A stretch of 64,000 nt of DNA from Flavobacteriales bacterium (GTDB lineage: Bacteria > Bacteroidota > Bacteroidia > Palsa-965), in the NCBI GenBank assembly GCA_040377305.1, contig JBEIPA010000001.1, positions 192,001-256,000 on the forward strand, given 5' to 3'. Positions 40,973-50,231 of the stretch are shown piece by piece (the first letter of the stretch is position 1; every line of letters starts with the position of its first letter). The translations under genes and the position numbers were made by a program. Below the pieces are notes generated by a model. That model was not told the DNA's origin. It saw only the letters and a program-made list of their open reading frames with translations, and ran no database searches.

Positions 40973-42137
40973 ATTCTCCAAACTCACTTTTGATCGTGAG
41001 TTTCGCGCCACTGCTCTTCTCTACACGACCAACAATTTGCGCATCGATATTGAACGACTTCGAAATAGCCATGATGGACCCGGCGATTGAAGCAGGAACA
41101 TAGAGTTCCATTCGGTGACCCATGTTGAACACTTTGTACATCTCTTTCCATTCGGTGCCGCTTTGTTCGTGAATGAGCTTAAACAAGGGCGGAACTGCGA
41201 AGAGATTGTCCTTAATAATGTGAACGTCTTTTACAAAGTGCAATACTTTCGTTTGAGCACCACCACTGCAGTGCACCATGCCGTGAATATCAGCGCGATG
41301 TTTTTTCAGCACTTCGGTAATCACCGGCGCGTACGTTCTCGTTGGAGAAAGTACAAGCTTGCCCGCAGTCATTGTTTGTCCACTTCCGATATCAATCGGT
41401 TGCAGCAAATCAATACTTCCACTGTACACCAGATCTGCCGGAACATGCTGATCGTAACTCTCCGGATATTTTGTTGCCAGCGTTTTGCTGAACACATCAT
41501 GGCGCGCAGATGTTAATCCATTGCTGCCCATTCCGCCATTGTATTCGCTCTCATACGTTGCTTGTCCGGAAGAAGCCAATCCAACAATCACATCGCCATC
41601 CTGAATGTTGTGATTCGAAATAACATCACTGCGCTTCATTCTCGCAACCACTGTTGAATCCACAATGATACTTCGAACGATATCGCCAACATCTGCAGTT
41701 TCTCCACCGGTGCTCGTAATTCCGAACCCAAGTTTTCTCAGGTCTGCAAGAACTTCTTCGGTTCCGTTAATGATCGCAGAAATAACTTCACCGGTAATCA
41801 GATTCTTATTTCTTCCAATGGTAGACGAAAGCAGAATGTTGTCAGTTACACCAACGCAAAGAAGATCGTCGGTGTTCATCACTACCGCATCCTGTGCAAT
41901 TCCTTTCCACACGCTCAGGTCGCCGGTTTCTTTCCAGTACATATAGGCGAGCGACGATTTCGTTCCTGCACCATCGGCATGCATTACAAGACAATACGCT
42001 GCGTCACCACTCAGGTGATCAGGAATGATCTTGCAAAATGCCTGAGGGAATAATCCTTTGTCGATATTCTTGATCGCAGCATGCACATCTTCTTTTGATG
42101 CTGAAACTCCGCGCTGATTATATCTGGTATCGCTCAT
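40962..42137 (-). CDS. purM: AIR synthase (PurM family, Bacteroidota type)
   Basis: HADGAGTK, GGETAD, SNGLTSARH, HCSGG and EMYKVFNMG motifs. Confidence 0.88.
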   Translation of the reverse strand: MSDTRYNQRGVSASKEDVHAAIKNIDKGLFPQAFCKIIPDHLSGDAAYCLVMHADGAGTKSSLAYMYWKETGDLSVWKGIAQDAVVMNTDDLLCVGVTDNILLSSTIGRNKNLITGEVISAIINGTEEVLADLRKLGFGITSTGGETADVGDIVRSIIVDSTVVARMKRSDVISNHNIQDGDVIVGLASSGQATYESEYNGGMGSNGLTSARHDVFSKTLATKYPESYDQHVPADLVYSGSIDLLQPIDIGSGQTMTAGKLVLSPTRTYAPVITEVLKKHRADIHGMVHCSGGAQTKVLHFVKDVHIIKDNLFAVPPLFKLIHEQSGTEWKEMYKVFNMGHRMELYVPASIAGSIMAISKSFNIDAQIVGRVEKSSGAKLTIKSEFGEFTY

Positions 42138-42159
42138 TCTTGATTTGGAACCGTCTGAA

Positions 42160-42203
42160 AATTTTGAATCCCATTCTGAGGATTCAGAATGGGATTCAAA
42201 ATT
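42160..42203 (-). terminator. Strong hairpin / terminator
   Basis: 20-bp perfect stem aattttgaatcccattctga / tcagaatgggattcaaaatt. Confidence 0.75.
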
Positions 42204-42223
42204 ACTGATTATTGCTTGGCTTC

Positions 42224-44473
42224 TTAGAACCCGTCAGGGCGAAGTGCTGCATTTGTCTCATCCATCAGATCACCAGGAACTTTTGGTTTAGGTGCTGGAG
42301 CTGGAGCTGGTGCAGGAGCCGGAGCGTTTCCGCCCTGATTGTGTCCATCCTGTTCAACGTCTGCGCCGGTTGTGTCACCGAAATCATCGAAGTCACCCTT
42401 GATTACTTTTGGAGTAATCTTACGTGTATTCTGATCTTTCGGAGCTTTTGGATCAACGTAGTTCCAGCTTACAACGCGGAACGCCGTACGACGATTCAAT
42501 TGGTGAAGTGACTCACGCTCCTGTGTTGTTTTCTTCGAATTGATGTATTTCTCAGTCAATACAGTTCCGTCAGCCATACGCAACGGACGTGTTTCGCCGT
42601 AACCTTTTGACAACAGACGCTCTTTAGCGATTCCTTTTTCATTCACCAGATAATCTACGCATGCTTTCGCACGAGCATCAGAAAGCTTGTTGTTAGCTGG
42701 ATCCGAACCACGGCTATCTGTGTGAGATCCGATCTCAATAATAGCTGTTGGGTTGTCCAGAAGTGTTTGGTAAAGGAAGTTCAGCGAGTCTTTTGACTCA
42801 GGACGAAGTGTTGCTTTTCCAAGGTCATACATTACCGCCGGGAAACGAATCTCCATCTCCGCAGGAATAAGACAGAAGTCAAGTGTCCAGTTTTTAGAAA
42901 CCATTTCACCTACTGTAGTGAGCTTGCCTTTGTCTTTATCAGGAAGGTTAAGGTATGCATCAGCTTTTGAGCTGTGTCCTTTATCACCGTATACCATCAA
43001 TACATAAGACACGTTAGGATCAAGTTCGAAGTGATACTTGCCGTCTTTTGCAACAGTATCTTCCAGTGCAGATCCATCAGATCCAACCATACGAACTACT
43101 GCACCTTCTACCGTGATAGATGGGCCGTATTTGCAGTCAGTGATTGTTCCGTCAAGTTTGAATACCAGTGGTGGCAGGTAGAACGACCAGATGTCATCAG
43201 CACCTTTTGTGCCTTCACGGTTTGAAGTGAGGTAACCTTTTTCTTTGAGTCCATCGAATACAATACCGAAGTCATCACCAGAAGAGTTCATTGGGTATTG
43301 AAGATTCTCAGGAGCTCCCCATTTCCAACCTTCAGCAGACTTAGGAGCCTTGAAGATATCAAGTCCACCCATTCCGAGAAGACCGTCTGAAGAGTAATAA
43401 AGATCGCCGTTCTCAGCAATGTAAGGGAAACCTTCACGGCCGTTCGTGTTCAAAGTAGCACCAAGGTTAGTTGGCTTGTTCCACTTCTTCGACTTCTTGT
43501 CGTATGTAGACATCCAAAGATCAGACTTTGTTCCACCGATCACACCAGTCATGTCTGAAGAGAAAACCATTACCTGGTCATCTGCAGAAACTGTTGGGTG
43601 ACGGAAGTTGAATGAATCAAGAATTGCTGCATCCAAACCGAAATCAACTACCTCAGGAGTACCCCAAGCATTACCTTTTTTAGGAGCCACGTAGATTTTG
43701 CAGGTTATCCACTTCTTCTTCGCCTGATCGCAACGTGTGAAATAGATTTTGTCTGCTTTCTTAGTTACGTGCGATGCACCTTCGTTAGAAGCCGCAGTGT
43801 TCACTTCGCCCTGAACAACACTAGGTGTGCTCCACTTTCCGTTCTTGTCAACTTTCGTTGTGAACAGGTCAGAGTACATTGTTCCTGATACAGGATCAAT
43901 TTTGCTTCCGGTTTGTCCTTCACGCTTAGACGTGAACACAAGCTCAGTATGTTTTTTATCACCGTAAGTTGGAGAGAAATCATAGTCTTTGCTATTGATC
44001 AAAGCCATGTTCTCAACTACCCAACGGGTTGGAGAGTCTTTCCATTTCTGAGCGAGCTCAGAAGATTTGATTCCATTCTCACCTGCCGGATCCGACGGTA
44101 CGAGTTTCTGGTAGTCCTGGAAAGCGGGAATCGCTTCTTCGTACTTCTGGTTGATCTTTTTCGCCTCAGCAAACCAGAGATACATCACGTCATTCGTGTG
44201 CTTCGCTTTGATTGCTTTGCCATACCATGTTTCTGCTTGCTTCCAGTCGTTCATCTTACGATAACACTCAGCAATCTGAAACGTGATGCGGGCTTTTTCC
44301 TGCTTGTTTTTGATTTTGGACATACCCTTTTTGTAGAGCTCAACAGAATTGTAATACTGTTCGCCTTCAAAAGCGCGGTCCGCATCTTTAATGTAGTTCT
44401 TCTGGGCGTACGCATTTACCGTAAGCGCCAAAATGAAAACCACTACAACAGAGAGTACCTTATTTAGTTTCAT
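42224..44473 (-). CDS. PorE-like protein (TPR + PD40 propeller + CRD + OmpA-like peptidoglycan-binding domain)
   Basis: TPRs, GMGGLDIF, NSSGDDFG, IGSHTDSRG..N..LS..RA and NRRTAF motifs; (PA)n tail. Confidence 0.88.
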   Translation of the reverse strand: MKLNKVLSVVVVFILALTVNAYAQKNYIKDADRAFEGEQYYNSVELYKKGMSKIKNKQEKARITFQIAECYRKMNDWKQAETWYGKAIKAKHTNDVMYLWFAEAKKINQKYEEAIPAFQDYQKLVPSDPAGENGIKSSELAQKWKDSPTRWVVENMALINSKDYDFSPTYGDKKHTELVFTSKREGQTGSKIDPVSGTMYSDLFTTKVDKNGKWSTPSVVQGEVNTAASNEGASHVTKKADKIYFTRCDQAKKKWITCKIYVAPKKGNAWGTPEVVDFGLDAAILDSFNFRHPTVSADDQVMVFSSDMTGVIGGTKSDLWMSTYDKKSKKWNKPTNLGATLNTNGREGFPYIAENGDLYYSSDGLLGMGGLDIFKAPKSAEGWKWGAPENLQYPMNSSGDDFGIVFDGLKEKGYLTSNREGTKGADDIWSFYLPPLVFKLDGTITDCKYGPSITVEGAVVRMVGSDGSALEDTVAKDGKYHFELDPNVSYVLMVYGDKGHSSKADAYLNLPDKDKGKLTTVGEMVSKNWTLDFCLIPAEMEIRFPAVMYDLGKATLRPESKDSLNFLYQTLLDNPTAIIEIGSHTDSRGSDPANNKLSDARAKACVDYLVNEKGIAKERLLSKGYGETRPLRMADGTVLTEKYINSKKTTQERESLHQLNRRTAFRVVSWNYVDPKAPKDQNTRKITPKVIKGDFDDFGDTTGADVEQDGHNQGGNAPAPAPAPAPAPKPKVPGDLMDETNAALRPDGF

Positions 44474-44672
44474 AGTAAAAGAGATTGTGTTCTTGGTTTG
44501 TCTAATAGCCTGCTAAGATAATAAACTTGTGAAAAAATCGAAATTCCAAGGGTGTTAAAATCGCTTGAATTCCAGTAATTTCTCAGGTTTATAACGGGAT
44601 GCGAACTAAAGGATACAGCCCCGCAGCTACACGGGGCTGTACGAATTCACAACCTGTTGATTATCAGAGATA

Positions 44673-46859
44673 TTATTCATCCTTTTCAGAAATTTCGTCG
44701 ATAATCTCCCCGCCCTCCCAGGTTGCGTCGCTCGCATCGAAATAGCCTTTGCGCACGATTGGGGGTTTAGGTTTCTCCAGAATTCCGGTTTGCCCCTTTG
44801 GTGCGTAGTTGTAATTGAGAACACGGAACACCGTTCGGCGGTTCATCTGATGATACGCTTCCTGTTTGTCCTTCGGCTGCTTCATGATCCACGCCTCCGT
44901 TAGCTGAGTTTCTCTATCCATGTGAAATGGCTGATCTTCTCCGTAACCTTTCGCTACAATTCGTTCACGTGGAATTCCTTTTTTCACGAGGTAGTCAACG
45001 CACGATTGAGCACGACGTTGTGCAAGTTCGCGATTGTACTTTGCAGAACCTCTTGCATCCGTATGCGATCCGAGCTCAATGACCATTGTAGGATTGTCAA
45101 TAAGCAAGCGGTATAAAAAATCAAGTGAGTCTGTTGAACCTCCAACGAGATCAGCACTGTTGTACGGATAAAGAACAGCCGGAAAACGAATTTCATCGGG
45201 CAATACCGGATCGAGCGTGCACTTAACGATTGTTGCGCAAGGACACTCCATTGCAACAGATGCCTTCATGGTTTGCGACTCCGGCAGATTGAAATATGAT
45301 TCTGCACTTGCGCTACGCGCGTCTTTTCCCTCTACGGTCATTGTGTAAACAATATCCTTCTTCGCCTTGAAGCTATATTCTCCAATAGAATCAGTGAGCA
45401 AATCGAAACGGCTTCCGTCTGTTCCTGTTACGTGAACAAGTGCGTTCTCTACCGGACACGCGCACTTACTGTCTTTCACACTTCCTTCAATTCTCATTGG
45501 ACACGCTGCAGGATCAATTGAGAACGACCAGATGTCATCACCGCCTTTTGTTCCTTCTCGCGATGAAGTCATGTAACCACTTCGCTTATCGCTTGCCATG
45601 ATCAAACCGAAATCATCCGCAGAAGAATTCATCGGGTACTTCATGTTCTCCGTTTCATTCCACTTCCAGTCTGTTGCAGATTTTTTCGAAGTGAAAATAT
45701 CGAGTCCACCCATTCCTGCATGACCATCAGAAGCGAAATACAAGGTTCCGTCTTCGTGGAGATAAGGAAATCCTTCCCGTCCATCGGTATTCACATCACC
45801 ACCCAATCGTGTTGGCTTGCCCCACTTCTTTCCTTTTGTATCGTAAACGGACATCCACAAATCCTGTCCTTTGCTTCCGGTCATGTCAGAAGAAAATACC
45901 ATCACTTCTCCATTTGCACTCAACGCAGGATGACGGAAATTGAATGAATCGAGAACTGCTGCATCTAAACCGAAATCAATCATTGTTGATTTGCTCCAAC
46001 CGTTTCCTTGTTTATCGGCAGTATAAATTTTGCATGTCACAATTTTATTTTTCGCCTGATCGCAACGGGTGTAGAAAATCTTGTTTCCATTTTTGTTCAT
46101 CACGGTTGCTCCTTCGTTCGACTCTGCCGTATTCACATCTCCAGCAACGGGTGCCGGTGAACTCCACTGTCCGTTTTTCGATTTACGCGATTCGAAAATA
46201 TCGCAATACATCACACCGGAAATCGGATCAACTTTAGAACCACTTTGTCCCGGACGTTTTGATGTGATGAAAATTCCATTGCGTTTTTTATCCGACCAGG
46301 AAGGACAGAAATCGAGATCGCGCGAATTCAATTCGTTCTCGTTCCTGATCAGCCACCACGATGCTGAGCAATCCGCTTCACCTTGCATCCAACCTGCAGC
46401 AAGTTCACACGACTGAATTCCGATGGCACCGGCAGGATCACTTGGTACACGCTTCTGATATTCTTCGTAATCTGCCATCGCGAGATCATACTTTCCGAAG
46501 TAACGGTACGTATCTGCCCGACGCAAATACACTTCATCATTCGCGTAGCCCGACTTGATTGCTTTGTCGTAGTACTTCAACGCTGCATCCTGTTTCAGCA
46601 TGACGCGATTGCATTCTGCCATCTGAAAATAGATGTAAGCCTTGTCGGCCTTGTTCGGCTTTTTAGAAAGCGCCAACTCGTATTTCGTAAGCGCAGTAGA
46701 ATAGTTTCCGCACTCGCGTTCATGTTCAGCATCGCGCAGCGGAGTATTGAATGACATTATTCCGAATGGAATAATAAGAATCAATACGAGAGAGAATAAT
46801 CGTTTACTCGCACGGATTGATTTTTTTAACTGAGTTCGTGAATCTTCCGATTTCATCAT
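44673..46859 (-). CDS. Second PorE-like TPR-PD40-OmpA protein (tandem paralog)
   Basis: Same architecture; shares long identical segments with its neighbour such as DFGLDAA.LDSFNFRHP and REGTKG.DDIWSF. Confidence 0.88.
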   Translation of the reverse strand: MMKSEDSRTQLKKSIRASKRLFSLVLILIIPFGIMSFNTPLRDAEHERECGNYSTALTKYELALSKKPNKADKAYIYFQMAECNRVMLKQDAALKYYDKAIKSGYANDEVYLRRADTYRYFGKYDLAMADYEEYQKRVPSDPAGAIGIQSCELAAGWMQGEADCSASWWLIRNENELNSRDLDFCPSWSDKKRNGIFITSKRPGQSGSKVDPISGVMYCDIFESRKSKNGQWSSPAPVAGDVNTAESNEGATVMNKNGNKIFYTRCDQAKNKIVTCKIYTADKQGNGWSKSTMIDFGLDAAVLDSFNFRHPALSANGEVMVFSSDMTGSKGQDLWMSVYDTKGKKWGKPTRLGGDVNTDGREGFPYLHEDGTLYFASDGHAGMGGLDIFTSKKSATDWKWNETENMKYPMNSSADDFGLIMASDKRSGYMTSSREGTKGGDDIWSFSIDPAACPMRIEGSVKDSKCACPVENALVHVTGTDGSRFDLLTDSIGEYSFKAKKDIVYTMTVEGKDARSASAESYFNLPESQTMKASVAMECPCATIVKCTLDPVLPDEIRFPAVLYPYNSADLVGGSTDSLDFLYRLLIDNPTMVIELGSHTDARGSAKYNRELAQRRAQSCVDYLVKKGIPRERIVAKGYGEDQPFHMDRETQLTEAWIMKQPKDKQEAYHQMNRRTVFRVLNYNYAPKGQTGILEKPKPPIVRKGYFDASDATWEGGEIIDEISEKDE

Positions 46860-47140
46860 GTTCGTTTTTGTAAGGACAAAATCCTCGTTCCGGGAATTCT
46901 CCCGTAGATATTACGAACACAGGCCTGTGTTTCTGTTTGCTGCATATATAACAGAACACAAAACAATAGTTACAGCCGAAAAACGTTAAAAAGATTTTCT
47001 CACACTTTTTACGTACCGTACCACAGCGGCACGGCGGAAAAGCGGCGCGGCGGAATTTTTCTGTGTTACTTTTTTATTGTCCAGCGTTATAGAAGTGGCA
47101 CGCACGTCGAAAACACTTGCCGTTACGATGCGTTGACATG

Positions 47141-47188
47141 AAAGCAAAAGGCGTTCTGACTATACTGTCAGAACGCCTTTGCAGTTTT
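47141..47188 (-). terminator. Rho-independent terminator of the GSIII gene
   Basis: aaaggcgttctgac / gtcagaacgccttt stem. Confidence 0.8.
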
Positions 47189-47202
47189 GTTCTATTAAAC
47201 GA

Positions 47203-49392
47203 TTACTTCGTAAACAAAATCTCTCTGTATTTCGGGAAAGGCCATGCGTCATCCGCAACCAACATTTCGAGTTTGTCTACATGGTCGCGAATTGAATCGA
47301 AGTACGGCTTCACCTTGTTACAATAAGCATAGGCACGCTTCTGCATATCATCGATATTGTTTGCCTTCTTTCGTTCCTCGATCATCGCATCAGTCTTGTG
47401 CTTGATTCCTGCAACGTGTTCAGAAATTTCGCTGATCATGTCTAACTGAATCGCACCTGCCTTCTTGTATTCAGCTGCACCGAGTACGTCTTTCAATCCC
47501 TGAACGTTATTAATAAGCATGTTCTGATATTGCAGTGCTACCGGAATAATGTTGTTCGTTGCAAGATCACCGAGTACACGCGCTTCAATCTGAATTTTCT
47601 TCACGTACGTCTCGAGATAAATCTCGTAACGTGCATGTTGCTCACGCTCCGAAAGAACTCCATGACGTTCAAACAGTTTGATGAACTTCTTATCGTGCCA
47701 TGCTTCGAGTGCTTCAGGAGTTGTCTTGAAGTTACTCAGCCCGCGCTTCTTCGCTTCCTTCACCCACTCATCACCGTAACCGTTTCCTTCGAATCGGATG
47801 CGTTTTGTTTCGGTGATATATCCGGCAAGAATCTGGAAGATTGCGTCGTCCTTGTCTTTGCCTTTAGCGATGAGCGCATCCACTTCCTTCTTGAATGTGA
47901 TAAGCTGATCCGTCATAATCGTATTCAATACAGTCATCGCACCCGAACAATTCGCAGAAGAACCTACTGCGCGGAACTCGAATTTATTTCCGGTAAATGC
48001 AAACGGCGATGTACGGTTACGATCTGTGTTGTCAAGCAGAATATCCGGAATCTTTCCGATTGACAACTTCAATGCGGTACGCTCGTCAACCGACATTTTT
48101 CCTTTTGCTTTTTTCTCAACTTCATCGAGAACTGCAGACAGTTGTGAACCGAGGAACACAGACATAATTGCAGGTGGCGCTTCATTTGCACCGAGACGAT
48201 GATCGTTACCGGCTGATGCGATAGTTGCACGCAGCAAGTCAGCGTTATCATGGAATGCTTTCACCGTGTTGATGAAGAAAGCAAGGAACTGCAAATTCGT
48301 TTTCGGCGTTTTGCCTGGACTCAACAGGTTCTTGCCCGTGTTTGTTGCAAGCGACCAGTTGTTGTGTTTCCCGGAACCGTTTACACCTGCGAATGGCTTC
48401 TCGTGCAACAATACGCGGAAGTTGTGACGACGGCCAATTTTCGCCATCAAATCCATCAGCAATTGATTGTGGTCAACCGCGATATTGATCTCTTCATACA
48501 CAGGAGCACACTCGAACTGATTTGGTGCAACCTCGTTGTGACGTGTTTTGATCGGAATTCCAAGTTTGTGTGCTTCGATTTCCAACTCACGCATGAAAGA
48601 AGTTACGCGATCAGGAATCGAACCGAAATAGTGATCTTCCAACTGCTGTCCTTTCGCCGGAGCAGCACCGAAGAGAGAACGTCCTGTGATAGACAAGTCA
48701 GGACGTGCGTTGTGCAACGATTCATCGATGAGGAAATATTCCTGCTCCCAGCCGAGTGTTGCAATAACTTTCGTGATGTTCTTATCGAAGTACTGGCAAA
48801 CATCAACTGCCGCTTTGTCAAGTGCCGTGAGCGCTTTGAGCAACGGTGTTTTGAAATCAAGAGCTTCGCCCGTGTATGAAACGAAGATGGTAGGAATGCA
48901 AAGTGTATCGCCGATGATGAATGCCGGAGAAGAAGGATCCCATGCCGTATATCCCCGTGCTTCGAATGTATTGCGGATTCCACCATTTGGAAAGCTTGAA
49001 GCGTCGGGCTCCTGCTGAACAAGCTGACTGCCTCCAAAGCGCTCAATGGCACGACCGCCTTCTACCGGTTCGAAGAACGCATCGTGCTTTTCAGCAGTTG
49101 CTCCGGTGAGTGGCTGAAACCAGTGCGTATAGTGACCAGCGCCTTTTGAAACTGCCCATGCTTTCATTCCGGCAGCAACTTCATCGCCCATCTTGCGATC
49201 GATACGCGCGCCACTATTATCCATTGCGGCTTTTACGCTGTTGTATGCACCTTCAGATAAAAACTCGCGCATTGCATCGAGTCCGAACACATTGGATCCG
49301 AAATAAGCGGCAACCCCGCCTACGGGTGTAGGAACCGTCAGCGGCTGACGATTCATCGAATCTTCGATGGCTTTAAAGCGAATTCTTGACAT
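47203..49392 (-). CDS. glnN: Glutamine synthetase type III
   Basis: 729 aa; HWFQPLTG, EPDASSFPNGG, HNEVAPNQFE, NGSGKHNNW and DRNRTSPFAFTGNKFEFR motifs. Confidence 0.95.
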   Translation of the reverse strand: MSRIRFKAIEDSMNRQPLTVPTPVGGVAAYFGSNVFGLDAMREFLSEGAYNSVKAAMDNSGARIDRKMGDEVAAGMKAWAVSKGAGHYTHWFQPLTGATAEKHDAFFEPVEGGRAIERFGGSQLVQQEPDASSFPNGGIRNTFEARGYTAWDPSSPAFIIGDTLCIPTIFVSYTGEALDFKTPLLKALTALDKAAVDVCQYFDKNITKVIATLGWEQEYFLIDESLHNARPDLSITGRSLFGAAPAKGQQLEDHYFGSIPDRVTSFMRELEIEAHKLGIPIKTRHNEVAPNQFECAPVYEEINIAVDHNQLLMDLMAKIGRRHNFRVLLHEKPFAGVNGSGKHNNWSLATNTGKNLLSPGKTPKTNLQFLAFFINTVKAFHDNADLLRATIASAGNDHRLGANEAPPAIMSVFLGSQLSAVLDEVEKKAKGKMSVDERTALKLSIGKIPDILLDNTDRNRTSPFAFTGNKFEFRAVGSSANCSGAMTVLNTIMTDQLITFKKEVDALIAKGKDKDDAIFQILAGYITETKRIRFEGNGYGDEWVKEAKKRGLSNFKTTPEALEAWHDKKFIKLFERHGVLSEREQHARYEIYLETYVKKIQIEARVLGDLATNNIIPVALQYQNMLINNVQGLKDVLGAAEYKKAGAIQLDMISEISEHVAGIKHKTDAMIEERKKANNIDDMQKRAYAYCNKVKPYFDSIRDHVDKLEMLVADDAWPFPKYREILFTK

Positions 49393-49420
49393 GACTGGCT
49401 GGTTTTTTAAGTTTTCGGAG

Positions 49421-49497
49421 CAAAGGTACCCGAAAAATCAGGGGGCGAATACCAAAAAAGCTAACATTTTATGAAGGGACCCCTAAAAACCGGGGGT
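49421..49497 (-). promoter_or_regulatory. GSIII promoter (-7 box TACCTTTG) with two 19-bp quasi-palindromic boxes
   Basis: acccgaaaaatcagggggc (49428-49446) and acccctaaaaaccgggggt (49479-49497); -7 box at 49428-49421. Confidence 0.55.
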
Positions 49498-49559
49498 GCG
49501 GTCCAGAAATTCGTCTTTTTTCGGCTCACACAGAGAATTCGATCGAAATGAGGGAGCCC

Positions 49560-49634
49560 ATGTGCTGATTTGTAGTTATGCCGATTTGCAGATGTCAGGC
49601 ATCAGCATATCAACTAATCTGCTTATCAGCTAAT
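49560..49634. repeat. Inverted 8-bp-period tandem arrays (4+4 units)
   Basis: atgtgctg atttgtag ttatgccg atttgcag ... atcagcat atcaacta atctgctt atcagcta. Confidence 0.65.
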
Positions 49635-49691
49635 CATTTGGGATCGTCTTCGAAGACGCAATGGAGAGAAATCTTTGTTGGGATGAAGAAC

Positions 49692-50063
49692 CTAGATCTC
49701 CCGTTTAAACGAATCATCCGGCTTGAGCGGATTATTAGGATCGTCTTCCGGACGCTCGGGGAGCGAAGCCGTGGTATTCTCATCCTCTATCTTCGTTCCC
49801 TCGAGAATTCGTTTGCTGATATCGTTGGCACTTTCTTTAAGATCGTCAAGTGCACCATTGACATTCATCTCACGTTGAATCTCGGAAGTGCTGTTCTGGA
49901 TTTCTTTTTGAATTTGCGTCGTTGCATCCTTCATTTGATTCACACCCCGACTGAAGTTGCGAACCATTTCAGGAAGCTTGTCGGCTCCGAAGAACATAAT
50001 AATCACAATGACGATGATGAAGATTTCACCGGTCCCGAGATTCAAAAAAAGAGGATGAATCAT
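49692..50063 (-). CDS. tatA: Twin-arginine translocase TatA/TatB subunit
   Basis: LGTGEIFII..MFFGADKLPEMVR amphipathic motif; start MIHPLFLNLG. Confidence 0.88.
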   Translation of the reverse strand: MIHPLFLNLGTGEIFIIVIVIIMFFGADKLPEMVRNFSRGVNQMKDATTQIQKEIQNSTSEIQREMNVNGALDDLKESANDISKRILEGTKIEDENTTASLPERPEDDPNNPLKPDDSFKREI

Positions 50064-50103
50064 TTGTGTTTGTTCTTGACACAAAGGTACTGAAAGGTGA
50101 GAG

Positions 50104-50173
50104 ACAATGTTGCCTGTTTCATGGGTTCTCCCCTTTGGGGAGTTAGAGGGGCGCATGAAACAGGCAACATTGT
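50104..50173. repeat. Hairpin element: 20-bp perfect arms around a CTCCCC-TTT-GGGGAG-TTAGAGGGG REP-like core
   Basis: acaatgttgcctgtttcatg / catgaaacaggcaacattgt. Confidence 0.7.
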
Positions 50174-50174
50174 T

Positions 50175-50222
50175 AAAGCAAAACGGCTACCCTGTTAAAA
50201 GGATAGCCGCTGTTTTGCTTTA
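50175..50222 (-). terminator. Terminator of secDF
   Basis: aaagcaaaac-ggcta / tagcc-gttttgcttt hairpin. Confidence 0.7.
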
Positions 50223-50231
50223 GAAAAGCTT

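Noticed and set aside
42290-42326. Tandem DNA repeat (gctgga)n
   Set aside because: It simply encodes the Pro-Ala linker of the OmpA-family protein.
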